The translations under genes and the position numbers were made by a program. 32,000 nt of DNA from Geotalea uraniireducens Rf4. GTDB taxonomy: Bacteria; Desulfobacterota; Desulfuromonadia; Geobacterales; Geobacteraceae. Shown piece after piece: positions 17,215 through 26,300 of the stretch; positions within the stretch are counted from its first letter, which is position 1, and each line of letters begins with the position of its first letter. The notes under the pieces are model-generated. The model worked only from the letters and a program-made list of their open reading frames with translations, was not told where the DNA came from and made no database searches. The stretch spans positions 690,001 through 722,000 of the forward strand of contig NC_009483.1 in assembly GCF_000016745.1 (NCBI RefSeq). Direction: 5' to 3'.

Positions 17215-17241
17215 TTTGAATACTTATGTATAACTCCATAA

Positions 17242-20109
17242 GTGAACACCCCCTACCATGCCAAATACTTTGCCGCAGAACTCTTGCGGCGATCGGCGTC
17301 CAGCGATATCGACAAGCTCTCACTGTCGTTGTTCAACGCTTCCGTTGATCTGAACCCTCACCAGATCGAGGCGGCGTTGTTCGCTTTCCGCTCACCCCTG
17401 TCGAAAGGGGTGCTGCTGGCGGATGAAGTCGGTCTGGGCAAGACCATCGAGGCCGGACTGGTACTCTGCCAGTATTGGGCAGAGCGGCGACGGAAGCTGA
17501 TCGTCATCTGTCCGGCGTCCCTGCGCAAACAGTGGAGCCTGGAGCTTTCAGAGAAGTTCAATCTTCCCTCCGTTATCCTCGAAGCCTGCTCGTTCCGGGA
17601 TGCCGTCAATAGCGGCAATGACAACCCGTTTCGGCAGGATTGTATCATCATCACTTCGCTTAACTTTGCCGCACGCTGCAAGGAACAACTCCGGCTGATT
17701 CCATGGGATCTGGCGGTGATTGACGAGGCACACAAGCTGCGCAACGCCTATCGTCCCAGTAACCGCATGGGGCAGGCCATCAAATGGGGGCTGGCAGAGC
17801 GCAAAAAACTGCTGCTCACCGCTACACCGCTACAGAACTCGCTGCTGGAGCTGTTCGGCCTTTCCACCCTGATTGATGATTATCTATTCGGCGACCTGGC
17901 TTCGTTCCGCGAGCAGTACATCGGTAACGATGCCGACCTTGACAGCCTTAAACGTCGCCTGGCCGGTTTCTGCAAACGGACTTTGCGCAGTCAGGTCCTA
18001 GAATATATCCGCTACACCGAGCGTCGTCCCATCACCCGCCCCTTTCGTCCATCCGATCAGGAACAGGCGCTCTACGAGGCAATCTCCGCCTTCCTGCAAC
18101 GGCCTGATTCCTACGCCATCCCGAACCGACAGCGGACCCTGACCACCCTTGTTATTCGCAAGCTGCTGGCATCATCCACCCAGGCGGTTACCCGGACGCT
18201 GGAAACCATGAAGGCGCGGCTGGAAGCACTGCGGGCGGGGCTTGCCGTTCCTGAGACGGTTGTAGAAGCTTTGGTGGGAGATGACGACTTCGTCGAAGAG
18301 ATAGTTGAGGATGAAGAGGACGTGGTCGACTCCACAGAAGACCAGGAACAGACCGAGTCATCAGATGATCGGTTTGACCTGTGCAGGCTCGATGCCGAAA
18401 TTGCCGAACTGGAAAGTTACATCAGATGGGCAGCTGACATCTCCGTAGACAACAAGACCCATACCCTCGGCACTGCCCTCGACATTGGTTTTGCCGAGAT
18501 GGACAAGATGGGCGCTCCCCGCAAGGCGCTGATTTTCACCGAAAGCCGCCGCACCCAGGAGTACCTGAAAACTTTCCTCGAAGCCAACGGCCATGCCGGG
18601 CGGATCGTGATTTTCAACGGCTCAAACAGCGACGCCGAAAGCAGAGCCATCTATGAACAGTGGCTGGCTGCCAATGTTGACACCGGGCGGATCAGCGGTT
18701 CAAAAAGCGCCGACAGGCGTAATGCCCTCATCGAGCATTTCCGCGACCACGCATCCATTATGATCGCCACTGAGGCTGCCGCCGAGGGGGTTAATCTCCA
18801 GTTCTGCTCCCTGGTGGTCAATTACGATCTTCCCTGGAACCCGCAACGGATCGAACAGCGCATCGGCCGCTGCCACCGCTATGGCCAGCAGCATGATGTA
18901 GTGGTGATCAACTTCCTCAACGAACGCAACGAGGCTGATCAGCGAGTCTATGAGCTGCTGACCGCGAAGTTCAACCTGTTCAGCGGCGTATTCGGCGCTT
19001 CAGACGACGTGCTGGGGAGCATCGAAAGCGGAGTGGATTTCGAGCGCCGCATCCTGTGCATCTATCAGGAATGCCGCACCTCGCAGGAGATAGAAACTGC
19101 CTTTGCCGCCCTGCAGGCCGAGATGGAGCAGTGTATCGCCTCCCGCATGGATGACACCCGCAAGACGCTGCTGGAGCATTTCGATGAGGATGTGCATGCT
19201 CGCCTGAAGGTGCGGCTCGACGAAACACGCCACCAGCTTGACCGCTTCAGCCGTCTGTTCTGGGCCGTCACCCGGTCAGTCCTGGCCGGGCACGCCCATT
19301 TCGACGATGCCGATTTGACTTTTGATCTTCACCAGCCTCCCATACCGTCACCAGCCGGTCGTTATCACCTCATATCCCGCAACCGCGAAAATGTAGAGGG
19401 AGCCTTTCTCTACCGCCTCTCACACCCGCTGGGAGAGTTCGTCGTCAACCGCGCCATGGATGAGCCTACACCGGAAGCGGAGCTGCGCTTCGACATCAGC
19501 GCCCATCCAGCAAAGATATCCGTGGTGGAGGCATTGAAGGGCAAAACCGGCATCCTCACCTTGGAACGGCTCACCATCAGCTCCTTCGACACCGAAGAGC
19601 ACGTGCTGTTCAGTGCCGTGACCGATGACGGCCGGACGCTCGACCAGGAACAGTGCGAGAAAATCTTCCACTGTTGTGCCGATGTGCTGCCATCCCCATC
19701 AATTGGCAGGTCAGAGCGCCTTGACAGGGAGGCAGAGCGCCATAGCGCCGCCGCAATCAGCCGGTCACTGGACGCCAACAACCGGCATTTTCAGCACGAG
19801 CGCGAACGCCTGGAGTCATGGGCCGACGACTTGATCGTGGCCGCAGAGAGAGAGCTGAAGGAGACCAAGGCCAGGATTAAGCTGTTAAACCGCCAGTCAC
19901 GCCAGGCCGCCAGCACAGCGGAACAGTTGGAGTGGCAGAAGCAGATCGCAGAGCAGGAGAAGAAACAACGTCGTCAGCGGCAGCGGATGTTCGATGTTGA
20001 GGATGAAATCATCGAGAAGCGGGATGCACTGATTGACCGGCTGGAGCAGCAGATGGCCCAGAAAGCCGAACGAGAGCGGCTGTTCACCATCCGGTGGGCG
20101 GTGGTGTGA
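17242..20109 (+). CDS. SNF2-family (SWI2/SNF2) DEAH helicase / translocase with an uncharacterised C-terminal domain and a terminal coiled coil
   Basis: 955 aa. GTG start lies immediately after an in-frame TAA. Motif I 'DEVGLGKTIEAG' (aa 61-72), motif II 'VIDEAHKLRN' (aa 159-168), 'LLLTATPLQN', motif VI 'QRIGRCHRYGQ'. There is an acidic insert 'VGDDDFVEEIVEDEEDVVDSTEDQEQTESSDD'. The last ~110 aa are charged heptad-like (KETKARIKLLNRQSRQAAS...QEKKQRRQRQRMFD...). Confidence 0.88.
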   Translation: MNTPYHAKYFAAELLRRSASSDIDKLSLSLFNASVDLNPHQIEAALFAFRSPLSKGVLLADEVGLGKTIEAGLVLCQYWAERRRKLIVICPASLRKQWSLELSEKFNLPSVILEACSFRDAVNSGNDNPFRQDCIIITSLNFAARCKEQLRLIPWDLAVIDEAHKLRNAYRPSNRMGQAIKWGLAERKKLLLTATPLQNSLLELFGLSTLIDDYLFGDLASFREQYIGNDADLDSLKRRLAGFCKRTLRSQVLEYIRYTERRPITRPFRPSDQEQALYEAISAFLQRPDSYAIPNRQRTLTTLVIRKLLASSTQAVTRTLETMKARLEALRAGLAVPETVVEALVGDDDFVEEIVEDEEDVVDSTEDQEQTESSDDRFDLCRLDAEIAELESYIRWAADISVDNKTHTLGTALDIGFAEMDKMGAPRKALIFTESRRTQEYLKTFLEANGHAGRIVIFNGSNSDAESRAIYEQWLAANVDTGRISGSKSADRRNALIEHFRDHASIMIATEAAAEGVNLQFCSLVVNYDLPWNPQRIEQRIGRCHRYGQQHDVVVINFLNERNEADQRVYELLTAKFNLFSGVFGASDDVLGSIESGVDFERRILCIYQECRTSQEIETAFAALQAEMEQCIASRMDDTRKTLLEHFDEDVHARLKVRLDETRHQLDRFSRLFWAVTRSVLAGHAHFDDADLTFDLHQPPIPSPAGRYHLISRNRENVEGAFLYRLSHPLGEFVVNRAMDEPTPEAELRFDISAHPAKISVVEALKGKTGILTLERLTISSFDTEEHVLFSAVTDDGRTLDQEQCEKIFHCCADVLPSPSIGRSERLDREAERHSAAAISRSLDANNRHFQHERERLESWADDLIVAAERELKETKARIKLLNRQSRQAASTAEQLEWQKQIAEQEKKQRRQRQRMFDVEDEIIEKRDALIDRLEQQMAQKAERERLFTIRWAVV

Positions 20110-20237
20110 TTTTACCGTAGGGGCACTCCCGCGTGGGTGCTCGCCTTTCGTCGGCAATGGTGACCACGGCGAATGCGGCAAGAAGGGCGACCATATGGAA
20201 TCGCCCCTGCAAAGACAAAACAGAAACGAGAGAGACT

Positions 20238-23200
20238 ATGAGCAAATATGACGACCTTGTACGCAAGCTGAAAGAAATATTCCAGATTGACCGGCCCGAG
20301 CTGGATTTCGGCGTTTACCGCATTCTCAATGCCCGTGCCGGCGAGATCAACGACTATCTGGACAACCGACTGAAGGCCAGGGTACAGGAAGCACTGGCAC
20401 ATTCCGGTAATGCCAATCAGGAGCAACTGCGCAAGGAACTTGCCGAAGCTGAAAAAAACGCCGAATCACTTGGCATGAAGGCCGACGATGTCCCCAAGGT
20501 ACAGGTGTTGCGCCAGCGGCTTGCAGAGCTTGCCGGCGGTGCTGCTGACCACGAAAACGCGGTCTATTCTCATCTGCTGACGTTCTTCTCCCGCTACTAC
20601 GACAGTGGCGACTTCATCAGCCAGCGCCGTTACAAGGGGGACACCTATGCCATCCCCTATGCCGGTGAAGAGGTGGTGCTGCACTGGGCCAACAAGGATC
20701 AGTACTATACCAAGAGTGGCGAGAACTTCGCCAACTACAGCTTTAAGCTGGATGATGGCCGCACGGTGCATTTTCGCCTGGTGGCTGCCGACACCGCTAA
20801 GGACAACCGCAAGGATAATGACAAGGAACGCCGCTTTGTCTTGATTGAGCAACAGACCCGCGTCGTGACCGATGATGATGGTGATGAATACGAAGAGGAA
20901 TTGCTGCCGGTCGAAGAAGCGAACGGCGTGCTGTTGCTCCGCTTTGAGTACAAGCCAATGCCGAAAGGGAGCAAACAGGATGACCTGATGACCAAAGCGG
21001 TGCAGAACGTTCTGTCCCATGATGCAGTAAAAAGCAGATGGCTTGATCTTGCCAGACGTGAGCCGACCGATAAGAACCCTCAACGCACCTTGCTGGAAAA
21101 GCACCTGACCACCTACACCCAGAAGAACACCGCCGACTATTTCATCCACAAGGATCTGGGCCGCTTCCTGCGGGGTGAGCTGGATTTCTACATCAAGAAC
21201 GAGGTGATGAATCTGGATGATGTGCAGAACACCGAGCGCTTTGCTGACATCGAGAAGAACCTGCGAATGATTCAGTGTCTGCGGGCCATTGCCCTGGATC
21301 TGATTACTTTCCTGGCCCAGCTGGAGGATTTCCAGAAGAAGCTCTGGTTGAAGAAGAAATTTGTGGTTGCGGCACATTACTGCATTACGTTGGACAGGAT
21401 CATTAAAGACGCACCTGAACTGCTGGCGGTTATTGTGGCCAATGAAAAGCAGTGGGAGCAGTGGGACAAATTGGGGATGTTGGAGGGGAAGAACGTTGAC
21501 CTGTTCAAGCAGGCCAAGTCTGGAACCGTGGGCTACCTGCGCGAGCATCCGTTTTTGATGGTTGATACTGCCTTATTCGGTAGCGAGTTCAAGGACAAGC
21601 TGCTGGCGGAGATTGATAATCTGGATGAATCGTTGGATGGCCTACTGATTCATGGGGATAACGTCCAGGCCTTGAACCTGCTACAGGAGCAGTATCGGGA
21701 ACAGGTGAAGTGTGTTTACACCGATCCACCATACAACACAAAAACACGCGATTTTCTTTACAAGGATTCGTACAAGCACTCGAGCTGGGCTTCAATGATG
21801 TTTGACCGGATTTCGGCTTGTCATGGGTTTCTTACCAACGAGGGGTTGATCTGCCACTATATTGATGAAAATGAACATACCATTGCCAGCCTTGTTCTAA
21901 ACGAAGTATTTGGTACTGATAATCGTTGTGGTGATGTTGTATGGAAAAATTCCAGTAAAAATGATCAGGACTATGTGTCTATGCAACATGAATATTTGTT
22001 GCTGGCTGTGAAAGGTAAGGCATTTAACAAGGGTGAATGGAATGAGAGAAAAGAAGGGTTAGAAGAAATATATGCTGCATTTAATGGTTTTCGTAAAAAG
22101 CATGAAACTGACTGGAAAGCTATCCATTCTGAAGCCTTGAAGTGGTATCGACAATTTCCAGAATCAAACCCTATTACTGATAGCAAGCATTATTCCTGGA
22201 TGGATGAGCGAGGCGTTTACTTTCCTGCTGATATATCAGGCCCAAATTATGGCCAGTACAGGTACGATGTACTTCATCCTGTTACCGGAAAAACATGTAA
22301 AGAGCCGGCGAGTGGCTGGCGATTTCCAGAAGAAACTATGAAGAAAAGAATTGTCGATGGATTAGTTCACTTTGGTGATGATGAGGCAACGATTCCTAAC
22401 AACAAAACATATCTTAAAGACACAGAAACACAGAGTCTTACGAGTATCAAGTATCGAGATGGCCGTGTGGCTAGCAAGTTGCTTGCGGCAATGTTTGGCG
22501 GTAAAACTTTCTCGAATCCCAAAGATGTTGACATTTCAATGCGTTTACTTCGTGCGTTTCAAACACAAAACGAGTGGGTTCTTGATTTTTTTGCTGGTAC
22601 GGGGACAGCCGGTCATGCGGTTCTTGCGTTAAATCGAGAAGATAAAACTCGTAGAAAATACATACTCGTCGAACAGGGCGAATACTTTGACACTGTTCTC
22701 AAACCCCGCATTCAGAAAGTCGTCTACTCCGCCGACTGGAAGGACGGTAAGGCAACAGCACCCGACTCCGGCATCTCACACGCCTTCAAAGTCCTCAAGA
22801 TCGAAAGCTACGAAGACACCCTCAATAACCTGGAACTGCGCCGTACTGACACCCAGCAAAGCCTGTTGAACAGCCTGCCGGATAGTGCAAAGTGCGACTA
22901 TCTGCTCCGCTACATGCTCGACATCGAAAGCCAGGGTTCCATCCTGTCGGTGGATTCCTTCCGCAAACCGTTCGACTGCAAACTGAAGGTGGCGGTTGAT
23001 TCAGCCGGGGCATTCGAGGAGCGGACTATTGACTTGGTGGAGACCTTCAACTACCTGATCGGCTTACGGGTCAAGTCCATCGATTCTCTGCGGGAGCGAG
23101 GGATAGTGATGGTGCAGGGGACATTGCCGACCGGCGAGAAGACGCTGGTGCTTTGGCGCGACTGCGAACAGGTGGACTACGAGGCGCTCAACCGCTTCTG

Positions 23201-23378
23201 CGACCGCCACGCCATCAACCCCAAGGATAGCGAGTTTGAAGTGGTCTACATCAACGGCGACCACAACATTCCGGCGGTGCTGACCACCACCGAAGATGAA
23301 GGCGGCATCACCAAAACTCTGAAGCTGCGCCAAATTGAACCGGAGTTCCTCAGCCGCATGTTCGGCGGGGAGGTTTAG
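20238..23378 (+). CDS. Beta-class (Mod-like, N6_N4_Mtase-type) N6-adenine DNA methyltransferase with a ~460-aa N-terminal and a ~215-aa C-terminal extension
   Basis: Start set at ATG 20238 (MSKYDDLVRKLKEIFQ..., 'gagagag' upstream). The listed GTG at 20133 adds a non-protein-like leader. Motif IV 'TDPPYN' is at 21723-21734 (aa ~496). Motif I 'DFFAGTGT' is at 22584-22607 (aa 783-790). The order IV then I is the Type III Mod arrangement. Confidence 0.88.
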   Translation: MSKYDDLVRKLKEIFQIDRPELDFGVYRILNARAGEINDYLDNRLKARVQEALAHSGNANQEQLRKELAEAEKNAESLGMKADDVPKVQVLRQRLAELAGGAADHENAVYSHLLTFFSRYYDSGDFISQRRYKGDTYAIPYAGEEVVLHWANKDQYYTKSGENFANYSFKLDDGRTVHFRLVAADTAKDNRKDNDKERRFVLIEQQTRVVTDDDGDEYEEELLPVEEANGVLLLRFEYKPMPKGSKQDDLMTKAVQNVLSHDAVKSRWLDLARREPTDKNPQRTLLEKHLTTYTQKNTADYFIHKDLGRFLRGELDFYIKNEVMNLDDVQNTERFADIEKNLRMIQCLRAIALDLITFLAQLEDFQKKLWLKKKFVVAAHYCITLDRIIKDAPELLAVIVANEKQWEQWDKLGMLEGKNVDLFKQAKSGTVGYLREHPFLMVDTALFGSEFKDKLLAEIDNLDESLDGLLIHGDNVQALNLLQEQYREQVKCVYTDPPYNTKTRDFLYKDSYKHSSWASMMFDRISACHGFLTNEGLICHYIDENEHTIASLVLNEVFGTDNRCGDVVWKNSSKNDQDYVSMQHEYLLLAVKGKAFNKGEWNERKEGLEEIYAAFNGFRKKHETDWKAIHSEALKWYRQFPESNPITDSKHYSWMDERGVYFPADISGPNYGQYRYDVLHPVTGKTCKEPASGWRFPEETMKKRIVDGLVHFGDDEATIPNNKTYLKDTETQSLTSIKYRDGRVASKLLAAMFGGKTFSNPKDVDISMRLLRAFQTQNEWVLDFFAGTGTAGHAVLALNREDKTRRKYILVEQGEYFDTVLKPRIQKVVYSADWKDGKATAPDSGISHAFKVLKIESYEDTLNNLELRRTDTQQSLLNSLPDSAKCDYLLRYMLDIESQGSILSVDSFRKPFDCKLKVAVDSAGAFEERTIDLVETFNYLIGLRVKSIDSLRERGIVMVQGTLPTGEKTLVLWRDCEQVDYEALNRFCDRHAINPKDSEFEVVYINGDHNIPAVLTTTEDEGGITKTLKLRQIEPEFLSRMFGGEV

Positions 23379-23382
23379 GCCA

Positions 23383-26300
23383 ATGGCGAGCTTTCACAAA
23401 GAACTGGTGCTCAATCGCTGGATGTATGGCTTCTTCTGTGGCGGAAGCCTGCAGGCGCTTAAAGCCCGTCTTGGCGATGACCGGCATGAGGGAATCGAGG
23501 ATGATGGCCAGACTCGCTTCTTCCACGAACTGTCACGCAATCTGTTCGAGGTTGATCGTATCAGCGCTGATGATCTGCGCCGATATGACCTGAACATCGT
23601 CAATCATTGGCAGCAGATTACCCGCAAGCGGAATCGGCTGGAAGAGACCGAGATGCAGATGAAGTATTTTCAGTATCTGTCGCTCTTGTTTACCGAGATC
23701 TATCTGGATTGGTATTTTAACCGGCGTCAGGAGTTGCTGGATGGCCTGAATGAAGAGATTACCGAGTACAACGCCAAGACAGCGATAGCTGAAAGGTTCC
23801 AGCCATTTGATGCGGACGAACTGAACAAACTTGCCTTCTGGAACGCCACTGGTTCCGGGAAAACCCTGCTCCTGCATATCAATATCCTGCAATACCTACA
23901 ATACTTCCAGCGGGGCAATCAGAATCTTTACCCCGACAAGATCATCCTGCTGACGCCGAACGAAGGGTTGTCCCGTCAGCATCTGGCCGAATTGGACCTG
24001 TCAGGTTTCCATTTCTTCCAGTTCTTCGACAAGAACAAGAACGCCTTCCGTGGCACGGTTGAGATCATCGACATCAACAAGCTGGGTGATGAGATGGGTG
24101 ACAAGACGGTTGCGGTTGAGGCGTTCGAGGGGGATAACCTGGTTCTGGTGGACGAGGGGCACCGGGGAACCGGCACGGCCGCCGGGGCATGGATGAGCCG
24201 CCGCGAAACCCTCTGCCGGGGAGGCTTTGCCTTTGAATATTCGGCCACCTTCGGCCAGGCGGTGGCCCGTGGTTGGGTTGTTACCAAATCGGAAGAGGAG
24301 GCGCTGAAAAAGAAGGCCAAAATTCTGTTCGAGACAACCGCGCTTAAGAAATTGACCGATGAGCAGCGCTGTCAGATTGCCCTGAACAGCGAGGAAAAAC
24401 GAAAAGCCCGCCTGCTGGCAACACGGGAAATCTATGCCAAGTGCATCCTTTTCGACTATTCGTACAAGTTTTTCTACGAGGACGGCTATGGCAAGGAATC
24501 GCTGATCCTCAACCTGGCCGAAGACAATGACGATGAGATACGGCATATCTATTTTACCGCCTGCCTGTTGAGCTTTTACCAGCAGCAATATCTGTGGGAA
24601 CGTCACCGGGAACAGTTGGCCGAGTTCAACATCGAAAAGCCGCTCTGGGTCTTCGTTGGTAACAAGGTTAATGATGATGACTCGGACATCCTGACGGTGG
24701 TTCAGTTTCTGGCCGATTTCCTCAACAACGATGCCCATTACAAGGCATGGATTTCCGACCTGCTGGAAGGCAAGGCACGACTGCTGGACAAGAAGGGGCG
24801 CGACATTTTTGAGCGCCGTTTTACACCGCTGATGGGGCTTTCGTCAGAGATGGTCTACGCGGATATTTTGAAGCGGCTCTTTAATAGTGAATCCCGACAA
24901 CGGCTGAAGCTGGTCAACCTCAAGGGAAGCAAAGGAGAACTGTCCCTGCGTGTGGGAGAGAACGATCCGTTCGGGTTGATCAACATCGGTGATGATGCCG
25001 CTTTTTTCAAACTCTGCGACGATGCGACCGGATTCGATAACGAGGGTGACGAGTTTGGCACTTCGTTATTCGGCACGTTAAACGACAAAGAGAGCCACCT
25101 GCATATCCTTATCGGATCGCGCAAGTTCACCGAGGGGTGGAGCAGTTGGCGGGTATCAACGATGGGACTGCTCAATATGGGACAGGGCGAAGGCTCCCAG
25201 ATCATCCAGCTCTTCGGTCGTGGGGTTCGACTCAAGGGCAAGGAGTATTCGCTGAAACGGAGTACACTGGGGCAACGGCCAAAGGGGCTTCATCTCGACA
25301 AACTGGAAACACTCAATATCTTTGGTGTTCGCGCAAGCTATATGGCGCAGTTCAAACAGTATCTGCAAGAGGAGGGTGTCACCACCAGTGACGAAATAAT
25401 CGAGCTGAATTTTGAGACACGACTATCCCCACATTTTCCCAAGGACAAGTTGAAGTCACTCGCCTTGAAGGATGGCTATAAGGACAACCAGAGAAACGGC
25501 TTCAAGCGAAAACAATTTCCTTGGCTGTATGATATTCCGGCTGAGTTTGCCGGGAAGATCAGGACGCCCCACATTGAGCTGGACCTGTATCCCCGGTTGG
25601 AAGCCTTGAGCAGCCAGGATAAGGGGGTAGGGACACCGGTAATCACCGTCAGGCAGACCGGCAAAATTGCCTCGGCAACCATGGCGCTATTCGATTTCGA
25701 CCGGATATACATGGGACTGCAAGAATACAAACTGCAACGAAGCTGGAGCAACCTGCGGCTGGACCGGCAGAGGTTGGAAGCATTCTGCATAGAATCAAAC
25801 GGTTGGTACACCCTGCACATCCCCGCTTCGGATCTGGCAATCAAGACCATTGCCGACATTCGCAAACAGGAAGATATCCTCATCCGTCTACTGCAGGATT
25901 ACACCGACCGCTTCTACAAATCTCTGAAAAACGCCTATGAAGGACAGTTCTATGAGGTTGTGAGTGTGCGTGGCGATGACGACACCATGCTCAAGGTGTA
26001 TCACTTTGAAATAGAAGATTCTGATGATGGTCAGGAATACAAAAAACGTCTGGAAGAACTGCAAAAGCTGGTTGTTTCCGGTCAGCTGGGGGAATCCAGC
26101 AAGTGGAATGCAAACCAGATGGTAGCGATCTGTTTTGACCGGCATCTGTACTATCCTCTGATCTCAATTGAGGGAAATGTGCCGCTCAAAATGCGCCCGC
26201 TGGCCTTTGACGCCCCCAGCGAGATTGAGTTCGTGAAAGATCTGGAGGCTTTTTACACATCACCCGCAGGCAAAGCGGCTATCGGCAACCGCAGCCTCTA

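Noticed and set aside
20133-20237. GTG start at 20133 for the methyltransferase
   Set aside because: The added 35 residues (MGARLSSAMVTTANAARRATIWNRPCKDKTETRET) look non-native. The ATG at 20238 has a purine-rich upstream tract and a typical helical N-terminus. The 128-nt gap after the SNF2 gene is therefore treated as intergenic.
20466-21548. 360-aa minus-strand ORF antisense to the methyltransferase N-terminal extension
   Set aside because: It is L/Q/H-rich and repetitive-looking, with no start context. The sense frame is continuous with the DPPY / FxGxG domains. I noted it because the sense region itself is unassigned, but the single uninterrupted 1046-codon sense ORF is the more parsimonious reading.
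24001-24738. 245-aa minus-strand ORF inside the Res-like gene
   Set aside because: It is antisense to the region carrying the DEGH and SAT motifs of the sense protein.
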